Shown: positions 1 through 8,647 of the stretch, in pieces
Layout of the letters: each line of letters begins with the position of its first letter
Numbering within the stretch: the first letter of the stretch is position 1
Assembly: GCF_000092105.1 (NCBI RefSeq)
Contig: NC_014148.1
Span: 4,230,001 to 4,262,000 of the forward strand
Direction of reading: 5' to 3'
Length of the DNA stretch: 32,000 nucleotides
DNA from: Planctopirus limnophila DSM 3776
Lineage (GTDB): Bacteria > Planctomycetota > Planctomycetia > Planctomycetales > Planctomycetaceae
The notes under the pieces: model-generated
The model's input: only the letters and a program-made list of their open reading frames with translations
Databases searched by the model: none
Told to the model about the DNA's origin: nothing
Program-made: the position numbers and the translations under genes

Positions 1-21
1 CTGCATGAGTTTCCTACGCCT

Positions 22-1278
22 GTGCGTATTGCCAGACAGATCCGCCTGTTTGCGAGGCAATTTCCAGTCACACTCAGTTTCATGCTGTTGTCGGCGATAC
101 TGTTTCTGCTCACCTTCATCGCGGGAGGGGAATCGACCGAGAGCCAATCGAGAAACTGGGGTGCGATTTCGACACTCAGTTTCTTTCGGGAAGTCGAACC
201 ACAGATCTGGAAAAATGTCACCCCCGAGTTGTATGGGCCCTTTGAATTATGGAAGGGAGAATGGTGGCGATTGCTGGTGACAGGGTTTCATCATGGAGAT
301 CCTGTCCACCTCACCTTGAATCTGATGGTACTGGCATTTCTGGGCCCGCTGGTGGAACAACGCCTGGGCAAGATTTCCTTCAGCCTGTTCTTCGTGTTCT
401 CGATCATCTTTTCAGTCTGTGCCGAACTCTTCTGGGGTGAGAATGTGGTCGGGATTTCGGGAGGTCTCTTTGCACTGCTTGGTTATCTCGTGATCGCACG
501 ACTTCGAGACGAAGAACTCGCCCGGCAGCTCCCCGATGAACGCTGGATCTTTTACCTGCTGATGGCTGCGGTGATGGCCGGCTTATCGGCTCTGGAAATC
601 CTGAACATCGGAAATACCGCCCATGTCAGCGGCCTGCTGGTGGGAGTCGCCTGGGCTGTCATCAATCCCTGGTCCTGGCCCTGGCGAATGGTCTTCATAA
701 CAGCCGCATTCGTGCTGCTCGTGGCTGCCGGGTATGGAGCCGTTCATCCATTTTGGCTGGGCCGGTATCACTGGTATCTGTCGCGACTCGACAAACCCGA
801 TTCGGCAGCACGCATACAATTGCTGCGAAGAGCCATCTCGTATGACCCCCGCCTTCCAGGTGCATGGATGGAACTGGCCGAACGACAACAGTCTTCGCAA
901 CAGCCCATGGATGCGTGGAAAACTCTTCTCGAAGGGATGCTGATCAATCGCAACAGTCTCGAACTGTTAGATGCCACCAGTCAGCAGTGGGGTTTGTTGA
1001 AACGATTGCATCTGGAGCCGTTAGCCACTGAGATCGCAGTGCAGACACTCGGCGAAGATTCGTCCATCTGGCTCAAGCAGTTTGATGAACATCTGGCACG
1101 AAACAGTCTTGGCCCATCCATGGAAGATGATCTGCAGGATTGGTCTCAGCAAAACCCCGATTCATGGATGAGATCTCCCCTGATTGAAACGGTTCGGCCA
1201 CGATTTGTCGAACCACACAAACCCAGCGGATTACCAGACGATTCGCCAAACTCTGCAATCGAAGGAACAACACTGTAA
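22..1278 (+). CDS. Rhomboid-family intramembrane serine protease with a C-terminal TPR-like soluble extension
   Basis: The protein carries the rhomboid hallmarks: WRLLVTGFHHGDPVHLTLNLM (TM2 H-x3-N region), GISGGLFALLG (catalytic GxSG) and AHVSGLLVG (catalytic His in TM6). A tail of about 170 aa (RAISYDPRLPGAWMELAERQ...) looks helical and TPR-like. The track start is GTG at 22, and the frame is open to base 1, so the true start is at 22 or left of the window. ATG at 82 would remove the conserved FPVT segment before TM1. Confidence 0.85.
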   Translation: MRIARQIRLFARQFPVTLSFMLLSAILFLLTFIAGGESTESQSRNWGAISTLSFFREVEPQIWKNVTPELYGPFELWKGEWWRLLVTGFHHGDPVHLTLNLMVLAFLGPLVEQRLGKISFSLFFVFSIIFSVCAELFWGENVVGISGGLFALLGYLVIARLRDEELARQLPDERWIFYLLMAAVMAGLSALEILNIGNTAHVSGLLVGVAWAVINPWSWPWRMVFITAAFVLLVAAGYGAVHPFWLGRYHWYLSRLDKPDSAARIQLLRRAISYDPRLPGAWMELAERQQSSQQPMDAWKTLLEGMLINRNSLELLDATSQQWGLLKRLHLEPLATEIAVQTLGEDSSIWLKQFDEHLARNSLGPSMEDDLQDWSQQNPDSWMRSPLIETVRPRFVEPHKPSGLPDDSPNSAIEGTTL

Positions 1279-1386
1279 GACAGGTTCGAGAATACCATTG
1301 GTGTGCCATGCTTGCGGCTCGGAGCAAGCATGCTTGATCGACTTGCCATGCGTATTTGATTTCGGGGATCGGCAGAAGACCCGAAG

Positions 1387-1485
1387 GGGTGGCTGGGGTT
1401 GAGCGTCTTCGCGAACCCCCAGTTCGTGCCGAAAATCGCAGAGGGTTCGAAGACTCAACCCCAGCCACCCGCCGCGCAGTTTTTT
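1387..1485 (+). terminator. Long imperfect palindrome plus T6 run between convergent genes; possible transcription stop or REP-like element
   Basis: GGGTGGCTGGGGTTGAG (1387-1403) is the exact reverse complement of CTCAACCCCAGCCACCC (1454-1470). Inner segments GTCTTCG/CGAAGAC and CGAACCC/GGGTTCG extend the pairing with small bulges. TTTTTT lies at 1480-1485, 9 nt after the stem, so this is not a textbook intrinsic terminator. Confidence 0.35.
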
Positions 1486-1556
1486 ATTCTAACCCGTACA
1501 AAATCGGGCGACACAGTCACAAAAAAAGACGGGCGGCACTGTCATTCACGTGGCGA

Positions 1557-3221
1557 TCATGCCCAGTCACCATCGCACCTGGCCGCCATCGGCATGCGAC
1601 GACCAACCCCAAAGGCGCGTGGTGAGACTTTAATCCCCGGTGGCATCTGCCAGCGTTTGTACTCGTTCCGATCCAGTCGTCTGGCGACCCACTCGACTGT
1701 CGTCGCGGGGAACTTATCGCTGAGAGCCGCCACAGATTCTTCCCGGTCAATCAGGCCCCGCAGAATGTCATCCAGCATGTCGTAGGGGGGAAGCGTGTCC
1801 TGATCGAACTGGTTGGGGGCCAGCTCTGCGGAAGGAGGTTTTGTGAGAATGTTCGCCGGAATGATCTCCTTCCCTTCCTGTTGGTTAATGAACTCGCAAA
1901 GCCGATAGACCTCGCCTTTGTACAAATCGCTCAAGGGTGCGAGAGCACCGTTCATATCGCCATAGAGTGTGCAATACCCCATGGCGAGTTCACTCTTATT
2001 GCCTGTCGCCAGAGCCAGCCAGCCGTGATGATTGCTGCGTGCCATCACAATGGCACCACGAATTCGTGACTGCAGATTCTGATCAGCCAGCCCCGCTGGC
2101 TTAGATGCCAGCTCCTCTCCCAGCACTGCAATCATTTCATACGCCCGGTGCACAGCATCGATGGGGATGGTGCAATGATCGATTTTCAATCGTTCTGCCA
2201 GCAGGATGGCATCTTCCAGGCTATGGTCTGTGCTGTATCTGCTGGGAAGCAGCAGGCCATGAACATGTTCCGGCCCCAAAGCTCTGGCTGCCAGATACGC
2301 GACGAGCGCGCTATCCACACCTCCAGAAAGCCCCAGAACGCAATCCGTGAAACCCGACTTATGGCAATAATCGCGAATGCCCAGCACCATAGCTTCATGA
2401 AGATCAGACTCGACGGGCATCTGCAGAGAAATCTGCCGCGGAGGAAGTGCCTGGGTATCAACCTGCAACAAGCCCCTTCGAAAAGCGGGCAACGTCGCCA
2501 CACACGACCCATTCGCATCGAGAACAAAACTCTGCCCGTCGAATACAAGATCGTCATTGCCGCCAATCTGATCGGCAAAGAGAAACGGAATCGACCAGTG
2601 CCGGGCATGATAGGCCATCAGTTCATGACGCCGCCGCGACTTGCCGACTTCGAACGGGCTGGCTGAGAGATTAATCAGCAGAGTCGCTCCCTGCTTCCCT
2701 AATTCCGCCACAGGGTCTCCCAGCAGTTCCGGGTCTGTCGCATAGAACGTAGCCGGGTCATGAAACCAGGCATCTTCGCAAATATGAATTCCCAGCTTTT
2801 CACCACGAAACGGGATGGGTGCCAGTTTTTGAGCGGGGCGGAAGTATCGCCGTTCATCGAAGACATCGTAATTGGGCAAGAGCCGCTTATGGATGGTGGC
2901 GAGAACTTTTCCCTCATGGATCAGGCTGGCAGCATTGGCAATGCGTCCCTGCGGGCAATCCCGCTGAGTCGGATGTCCCACGACGACACCCAGTTCCTTA
3001 GGAAGCTCCCCTGCCAGTTGATCGACCCATCGATCGCAAGCTGCCACAAATCCTTGTCTCGAGAGCAGGTCTTTGGGTGGATAACCCGAAAGGACCAGCT
3101 CGCTGGTGACCAGCAGATCAGCCCCGCTCGATGCTGCCATATGTGCCGCCTCCTGCACCAGCCGGGCATTCCCCGCCAGATCACCGACAGTGGGATTGGT
3201 TTGCAGGAGAGCGATTTTCAT
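1557..3221 (-). CDS. nadE: Glutamine-dependent NAD+ synthetase (CN-hydrolase domain fused to NAD synthetase domain)
   Basis: The N-terminal nitrilase-type triad context is present: VTSELVLSGYPP (Glu), HKRLLPNYDVFDE (Lys) and GIHICEDAW (Cys). The C-terminal domain has the PP-loop GLSGGVDSALVA. ATG at 3221 gives MKIALLQTNP..., the usual start; the track ORF extends 14 codons further to 3263. Confidence 0.93.
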   Translation of the reverse strand: MKIALLQTNPTVGDLAGNARLVQEAAHMAASSGADLLVTSELVLSGYPPKDLLSRQGFVAACDRWVDQLAGELPKELGVVVGHPTQRDCPQGRIANAASLIHEGKVLATIHKRLLPNYDVFDERRYFRPAQKLAPIPFRGEKLGIHICEDAWFHDPATFYATDPELLGDPVAELGKQGATLLINLSASPFEVGKSRRRHELMAYHARHWSIPFLFADQIGGNDDLVFDGQSFVLDANGSCVATLPAFRRGLLQVDTQALPPRQISLQMPVESDLHEAMVLGIRDYCHKSGFTDCVLGLSGGVDSALVAYLAARALGPEHVHGLLLPSRYSTDHSLEDAILLAERLKIDHCTIPIDAVHRAYEMIAVLGEELASKPAGLADQNLQSRIRGAIVMARSNHHGWLALATGNKSELAMGYCTLYGDMNGALAPLSDLYKGEVYRLCEFINQQEGKEIIPANILTKPPSAELAPNQFDQDTLPPYDMLDDILRGLIDREESVAALSDKFPATTVEWVARRLDRNEYKRWQMPPGIKVSPRAFGVGRRMPMAARCDGDWA

Positions 3222-3344
3222 GTCAACAGCTTTGAAGCAAGTGAAAGCAAATACAAGGCACAAAATCGAACGCGGCGATCTACTTTCGATGGATCATCCA
3301 GCGCGAACAGAACGCAACGTTCATCGATGGAAACAAACCGCGCA

Positions 3345-4148
3345 CTAGGCATTCAATCCGAGAGCATCGGCCATCGAATAGAGACCAGCCGGCCGGCCCG
3401 CCAGAAATTTGGCAGCAGTCAATGCTCCCTGGGCGTAACTGTCGCGAGAATTCCCGCGCACGGTCACTTCCAGAGTTTCGCCCATCAGGCCAAAGACAAT
3501 CGTGTGTTCGCCCACATTATCGCCAGTGCGCAGTGCGTGATAACCGATCTCATTGCGAGGTCGCTGGCCAATCCGGCCTTCACGACCATGCACATGCTCG
3601 GTCTGCCCCATCCCTTGTGCGACAATTTCACCAAACTTGAGAGCGGTTCCACTGGGAGCATCTTCTTTGAAGCGATGGTGCCTCTCGATGATTTCGACAT
3701 CGACACCACTGGAAACATCTTTCAAAGCGCGGCCCGCATCAGCAACCAGCTTCATCGCCACATTGACAGCCAGGCTCATGCTGGGTGCCCACAGAATGGC
3801 GGTTTTCTGAGCCGCCTGCGTAATCACCTCTTTCTGCTCAGTAGAGAAACCAGTGGTCGCCAGAACCAGACGCAATCCCCGCTCGGCACAGACCTTGGAA
3901 AGCTCGACCGAGCTTTCGGGCGTGGAGAAATCGATAATCACATCGGGAGGCGTCCCGATTTCCCCCGCAAGCGGGACGCCGATTGTACCCAGGCCGGCAA
4001 TCTCACCGACATCCTTACCAATCGCTGGATGAGTGGGACGCTCATAAGCCGCTGAAACCTTGAGCGATGGATCAGTCGCTGCACAGGCCAGAACTCGCTG
4101 GCCCATACGACCTGTCGCACCGAAAACGCCGATTGTGGTCACTGCCAT
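3345..4148 (-). CDS. dapB: 4-hydroxy-tetrahydrodipicolinate reductase
   Basis: The N-terminus has the Rossmann motif GVFGATGRMGQRV, and the diagnostic motif ERHHRFKEDAPSGTA is present. The length (267 aa) is typical. ATG is at 4148. Confidence 0.95.
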   Translation of the reverse strand: MAVTTIGVFGATGRMGQRVLACAATDPSLKVSAAYERPTHPAIGKDVGEIAGLGTIGVPLAGEIGTPPDVIIDFSTPESSVELSKVCAERGLRLVLATTGFSTEQKEVITQAAQKTAILWAPSMSLAVNVAMKLVADAGRALKDVSSGVDVEIIERHHRFKEDAPSGTALKFGEIVAQGMGQTEHVHGREGRIGQRPRNEIGYHALRTGDNVGEHTIVFGLMGETLEVTVRGNSRDSYAQGALTAAKFLAGRPAGLYSMADALGLNA

Positions 4149-4205
4149 TATGATTGACTTTCCGCAGAGATCTCTAAAGAAAAAGTGTTCGAGGCCGGTT
4201 TGATT

Positions 4206-4565
4206 CTAATCGCGATGAACAGTTTCCATCGAGAAAGCGGGCAGGCAGATAGCAATGTATTCCGCGCCACTTTCCTCCGGTGTACTGTAGCGCACCCATT
4301 CGCCCTTTCGGGCCAGCACAGCTTGTCCCGCTGCCACAAAGAGCGTGCCATCATTGGATTCGACCTGCAGCGAACCCTTCAGAACCAGTGTGTATTCGTC
4401 GAACTCGGGTGTTTGCCCAGGTTCCACCCAGCCGCCAGGGCTCTGCATGTGGGCAATACTGATGTGAGACTCTTGGGTATTCACGCGGCCAATGAACTCA
4501 CGAATCAGCTTGGGTTTGTTTCCAGCCGCTTCAATCTGCGTGGGTGAGGGAATGAGAACAGGCAT
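4206..4565 (-). CDS. Small cupin-domain protein (function unknown)
   Basis: This 119-aa ORF has a single beta-barrel-type pattern (HMQSPGGWVEPGQTPEFDEYTLVLKGSLQV...VAAGQAVLARKGEWVRYS) typical of one-domain cupins. It starts at ATG 4565 and is co-directional and closely spaced with its neighbours. Confidence 0.6.
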   Translation of the reverse strand: MPVLIPSPTQIEAAGNKPKLIREFIGRVNTQESHISIAHMQSPGGWVEPGQTPEFDEYTLVLKGSLQVESNDGTLFVAAGQAVLARKGEWVRYSTPEESGAEYIAICLPAFSMETVHRD

Positions 4566-4621
4566 GTTGTTACCCCGGGAATTTCAACAAAGGTGCTGGA
4601 TCAATCACTCAACGAGAATGC

Positions 4622-5836
4622 TTAAGCAGGTGGAATAGTCAGTCGATCCAGTGCTGCCTGAAGTTCCCGATATGTGGCGGATGTTTCTAGTGAATTATCT
4701 TCGAGAGGCAATCGATTTCGCAATGCAGTCTCCGCAATTGACTTCAGAAGTGGTTCGCGCAAAGCCAGTTCGACCGCTGCCCACGCACAGGCACTGCGCA
4801 CGACAGCCGAAGAATCTGCCAGACCATGTTCGATCGCAGGCCAATCGTCGCAGGTACCGATATTCCCCATCACAATCGCGGCATTGCGGGCCATTCCAGA
4901 ACGCCCCGGGCGTTCTAAGGGAGTCTTCCCGAACCGCTGTTGAAACTCCTCTTCGGAGATGGTGAGGAACAGTGAAGGGTCGTTTTCCGCTTCGACAAGT
5001 GCCGCTTCACTCGTCTCATTGTCGGTCACCGTTGTTAGCTGCTGTTCGTTCGTAGATTGCGCTCTCGACCAGACTTTCTGCCGCTTGGTATTCCAGGGAC
5101 AAACATCCTGACACAGATCGCATCCCAGCAGCCACGGGCCGATTCCTTTTCTCAGTGGCTCGGCTGGCAAGCCCTTTTGTTCGATCGTCAGGTACGAAAT
5201 ACACTTCCTGGCATCGAGGACTCCGGGCTGTGGGAAGGCCTCAGTCGGGCAGATATCGAGGCAGCGAGTGCAGCTTCCGCAATGATGCGTCTGATGCGGT
5301 GCATCAGGTGGCAAGTCTGTCTGTGTGAGGATGCCAGCGAGCAGCAGGTAGCTCCCTTGCTGCCTGTCAATCAGCATCGTGTTTTTGCCGAACCATCCCA
5401 GGCCAGCGAGGCTGGCATATTCTCTTTCCAATAGGGGAGCGGTATCGATGGCAGTGCGCGTGCGATCGTTGGGAAAGTGCTCTCTCAAGATAGAGATGGC
5501 GGGCTGAAGCTTTTCCTTGAGCCATTGGTGATAGTCTTCGGGAAGTTGAGCGTATGCAGCAATCCGGCCGCGCTGGCGAGATTCGTGGAACCCCGCTGGT
5601 GATCCTTGTGGCTGATAATTCCAGGCAGCCATCACAATCGATGCGACTTGAGGAAGTACGTTCTCGGGGTGGGCATAGGCGTGTTGCCGACGTTCGATGT
5701 AACTCATCTCGCCCGCATAGCCTGCCTGTATCCAATCCTGCAGGCGACCCAGCCCTAAGGGACTGACAGCCGGTGCAATGCCGACCAGGGCAAAACCTGC
5801 ATCGAGCAAAGTCTGCTTCAGACGAGCGGCGATCAT
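4622..5836 (-). CDS. queG: tRNA epoxyqueuosine(34) reductase
   Basis: Two ferredoxin-type Cys clusters are present (CGSCTRCLDICPTEAF and CDLCQDVCPWN), along with CISYLTIE and a C-terminal HEAT-like segment (RNAAIVMGNIG...SSAVVRSACAWA). The track start at 5863 is TTG. ATG at 5836 gives MIAARLKQTLLDAGFALVGIA, a typical QueG N-terminus. Confidence 0.9.
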   Translation of the reverse strand: MIAARLKQTLLDAGFALVGIAPAVSPLGLGRLQDWIQAGYAGEMSYIERRQHAYAHPENVLPQVASIVMAAWNYQPQGSPAGFHESRQRGRIAAYAQLPEDYHQWLKEKLQPAISILREHFPNDRTRTAIDTAPLLEREYASLAGLGWFGKNTMLIDRQQGSYLLLAGILTQTDLPPDAPHQTHHCGSCTRCLDICPTEAFPQPGVLDARKCISYLTIEQKGLPAEPLRKGIGPWLLGCDLCQDVCPWNTKRQKVWSRAQSTNEQQLTTVTDNETSEAALVEAENDPSLFLTISEEEFQQRFGKTPLERPGRSGMARNAAIVMGNIGTCDDWPAIEHGLADSSAVVRSACAWAAVELALREPLLKSIAETALRNRLPLEDNSLETSATYRELQAALDRLTIPPA

Positions 5837-5903
5837 AGCTTTATCGGCTGGAATAATGAGCAATCCTGGAACGTCGGCAAATTGGCACGACGGCAGATTA
5901 ACA

Positions 5904-8549
5904 TCAAAATCCCGGCGCAGGAACTGGTGGAGGAAGCTGAACTGGCGCTGGAGGTGGTGGAAGTTCCGCAGGCATCACCCATGTGTCTGTGGTCTGGCTG
6001 ACACTTGTGCTGCCCGTGGAAGGAAGCAATACCGTGGGTGTAATCGGCGACGGCGTGATGGCCGCTGCAGCCGCTTGCCGGGCACTCTTTTTGTTGCGAC
6101 CAGGCCAGCGGAACATCTCCCCGGTTTTGGCTTCGATCTGAGTGTTGATTTCATTGCGCAATTGAAGCGAATCGAGATCGGCACTGTTCTGATGAAGTGC
6201 GGCATCAATATGCTGGCGAGCGCGCATCAGCTCACCCTTTTGCAGATAAAAAGCGGCTCTTTCATAGTGGGCTCTGGTCAGACTGTTGCGATTGACGGGC
6301 GAGAGATGATCGCGAAAGTGAGCAGCCCGTTCTTCCGTCGCTGCCTGTAAAATATCCCCTTCGGCAGCAGCCGCGAATTCATCGACAATGCGGGGCGTGA
6401 TCAGCACAATCAGCTCGGTCCGTTCGATGCGGCTGCTTTTATTTCGAAAGGCCGCTCCCACCAGCGGGATCGCCCCAAGAACTGGAACCCGATCAATCGA
6501 TTCTGTCGATTCTTCACTGATGAGACCGCCAATGACGACGGTCTGCCCATCGCGAACCATGACGTTCGTGGTGACTTCCGTCGTATCCTGATCGGGCAAT
6601 CCCGTCGACTGATTGATCACAGCACGCGATCGTTCGGGATGAACTTCCATCCGCACCAGTCCATCGGGAGCAATGAACGGCCGGATAATCAGCTTGGTGC
6701 CCGATTCGAGGAAGTTGACGTTTTCGATGGTTTGAGTGCTGTTGAACGCTAACGTTTTATAGCTCAATCGATTGCCGATGATCATTTCGGCCCGCTGCTT
6801 ATTGAGTGCCCGAATTTGTGGAGAGGCCACGAGGCTGGTATCGGCGATCGATTCGAGAGCCCGGATAAACCCGGTGATGTCACCCGCAATAAAGCCATAC
6901 TTCAGCCCCGCTGTGTTCGCGAGAAATTGAGCACCCGGAGGGATGATCGAACCCGTTCCCCCAGGAAAGCCACTACTGGTCGCAATCGAGGCTCCGTTCC
7001 CAGTGACGGCGAGATTCTTGTCTCCACCTAACAAAGCCAGATTGACTCCAAACGCCATGTCATCCGTCAGTTTCACACTGAGAATTTTGGCATCGATGAT
7101 CACCTGCAATGGAGGAATATCCATCTCGATAATCACGCGATCAATTTCGTTGATGACCTCTTCGTAATCCTGCACCAGCAGTGCATCCCGTTGGGAAAGA
7201 CTGTCACCCCCTGCATCGGTGGCGTTCTCAGCGATCCCGACGGAAGACGGAGAGGTGATGGAAACTTTGCCCAGTGTCGGTGTCAGAATTGGTTGAACGA
7301 GCTGCTGGAGTTCCTTCACGTTGATGTAGTTGGGCTGATAAATCTTTGTCAGCACTTTTCGTGAAGCCAGCCGGCGGGCTTCCGCTTCGCGAGCCGTCAT
7401 CACAAAGACCATGTCCCCTTCACGCTGATACAGATATCCGCGGGTTCTCAACAATCCATCCAGCGCTGCTTCCAGAGTGACCCCCTGCAGGTTGACAGTC
7501 ACTTTTCCCACAACTTCCGGGCTGGTGAGAATGTTGATTCCCGCCATTTGAGCCAGCAGTTCCAACACACGGGGAAGTTCGGCCTGCTCCACCTGCAGAT
7601 CGAACTTCTCATCACTGGTAACATTTCCCCCAGGACCATCCGGCCCGTGAGGGATTTGTGGCATCACACGAATCTGCGGCAACGATTCCCCTTCCGAAGG
7701 TGTCGCTGTATTAGGAAGTACTGGCTGTTGGAGCAGATCATTTTTCGAGGGATTAGCTGTAGGTGTGGTATCAGCAGTTGATCTGTTCTCGCCTGGAACA
7801 GCGGGCGACTGAGTGGAAGTGGCTGGTGCGGTCAGTTGGGCCTGTGTCGATTTGAGTGAGAGCTCATTGAGCCGATTCTCGATCTGCTGCAATTGCTGAC
7901 TGTTCCGCATCTGGTCGTACAAAGCCCGGGCCCGCTCGAGGTCGGATTGCTGGCGATCAGTCTGGGCCTGTGCCAGCATTTCGATCTTTCGCTCCAATCC
8001 GGAAAGCTGAGCCTCGATTTGCCGATTTGCCGGAGCCGAGGACTTGCTGGCATGGGGTTGCCGCAGAGGCGGCTCATCCACGGGAAGCGTATGGAAACTG
8101 ATGACGGGAAGATCTTCAGCATCAACTTCGGGAAGATCGTGAGGTTCTGGAACTGTGGGTATGTTCCTCGAATCGGGTATGTTTCTCGAATCGGGAATTT
8201 TTCTTGAAAACTGTGCCGGTCGGGAAATGCTCGACTGAGTCGGTGAGCTGAGCCGATCTGCAGCCGTTGTTTGCTCCACTGGCTGTTTGACATTCGAGAG
8301 CGAGACCACCTTTGGAGACATCGTCGCTGGAGTCGAGCGAGTATCCGATGCAGCACGAGTCTCTGAAGCCGGCGGCACGTCCGTCTGAGGGAACTGCGCT
8401 GCGCTGCGGGTGGCGGCTGTGCTACCTCGAACCACAGGAGTCGATTTCCATTCGGCAGGCCAGAATTCCGATCCGACAAACAGTGTTGCTGGCAGGGCGA
8501 AACCCAAAGCCATGGCGCGAAATGCCGTATTTAATGATGATGTTGGCAT
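5904..8549 (-). CDS. pilQ: Secretin (PilQ/GspD family) with a long disordered/coiled-coil N-terminal region and a C-terminal TPR-like plus polyproline tail
   Basis: The canonical secretin C-domain end is present (VPVLGAIPLVGAAFRNKSSRIERTELIVLITPRIV). Upstream are N0/NolW-like repeats (VTVNLQGVTLEAALDGLL..., TKIYQPNYINVKELQQLVQPIL...). The track start at 8651 is TTG (TTGA overlap with the upstream stop). ATG at 8549, with GGAAG 7 nt upstream, gives a signal-like MPTSSLNTAFRAMALGFALPATLF. The symbol is assigned from the pilM/N/O context. Confidence 0.88.
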   Translation of the reverse strand: MPTSSLNTAFRAMALGFALPATLFVGSEFWPAEWKSTPVVRGSTAATRSAAQFPQTDVPPASETRAASDTRSTPATMSPKVVSLSNVKQPVEQTTAADRLSSPTQSSISRPAQFSRKIPDSRNIPDSRNIPTVPEPHDLPEVDAEDLPVISFHTLPVDEPPLRQPHASKSSAPANRQIEAQLSGLERKIEMLAQAQTDRQQSDLERARALYDQMRNSQQLQQIENRLNELSLKSTQAQLTAPATSTQSPAVPGENRSTADTTPTANPSKNDLLQQPVLPNTATPSEGESLPQIRVMPQIPHGPDGPGGNVTSDEKFDLQVEQAELPRVLELLAQMAGINILTSPEVVGKVTVNLQGVTLEAALDGLLRTRGYLYQREGDMVFVMTAREAEARRLASRKVLTKIYQPNYINVKELQQLVQPILTPTLGKVSITSPSSVGIAENATDAGGDSLSQRDALLVQDYEEVINEIDRVIIEMDIPPLQVIIDAKILSVKLTDDMAFGVNLALLGGDKNLAVTGNGASIATSSGFPGGTGSIIPPGAQFLANTAGLKYGFIAGDITGFIRALESIADTSLVASPQIRALNKQRAEMIIGNRLSYKTLAFNSTQTIENVNFLESGTKLIIRPFIAPDGLVRMEVHPERSRAVINQSTGLPDQDTTEVTTNVMVRDGQTVVIGGLISEESTESIDRVPVLGAIPLVGAAFRNKSSRIERTELIVLITPRIVDEFAAAAEGDILQAATEERAAHFRDHLSPVNRNSLTRAHYERAAFYLQKGELMRARQHIDAALHQNSADLDSLQLRNEINTQIEAKTGEMFRWPGRNKKSARQAAAAAITPSPITPTVLLPSTGSTSVSQTTDTWVMPAELPPPPAPVQLPPPVPAPGF
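8157..8210 (-). repeat. In-frame 18-bp tandem repeat (2 near-identical copies plus 1 degenerate copy) inside the secretin gene
   Basis: The copies are GGGTATGTTCCTCGAATC (8157-8174), GGGTATGTTTCTCGAATC (8175-8192) and a degenerate GGGAATTTTTCTTGAAAA (8193-8210). They encode KIPDSR-NIPDSR-NIP on the minus strand. Confidence 0.9.
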
Positions 8550-8647
8550 AACGTCTTCCGTGACGTGGCGAAGGTTCTCATGAATTTTGCCGAGCTGGCT
8601 GGCGGCAGGTGACTTGAAATCAATGATGGGAAAGAGTGACGGATTGG

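Noticed and set aside
1387-1470. A tRNA-like impression (7-nt GGGTGGC...GCCACCC ends and an internal GGTTCGAA)
   Set aside because: The terminal pairing runs for 17 perfect bp and continues inward, giving a rod-like hairpin. No D-arm, anticodon arm or T-stem can be drawn around GGTTCGAA.
2760-4055. A 431-aa plus-strand ORF spanning the nadE/dapB region
   Set aside because: It is antisense to two genes with unmistakable enzyme motifs and crosses their intergenic region. Its protein is Ser/Arg/Gly-rich with no motif, which is a typical shadow ORF in GC-rich DNA.
7832-8479. A 215-aa alternative-frame ORF within the secretin N-terminal region
   Set aside because: It lies on the same strand but out of frame with a continuous 880+ aa secretin ORF. 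The low-complexity region permits open alternative frames.
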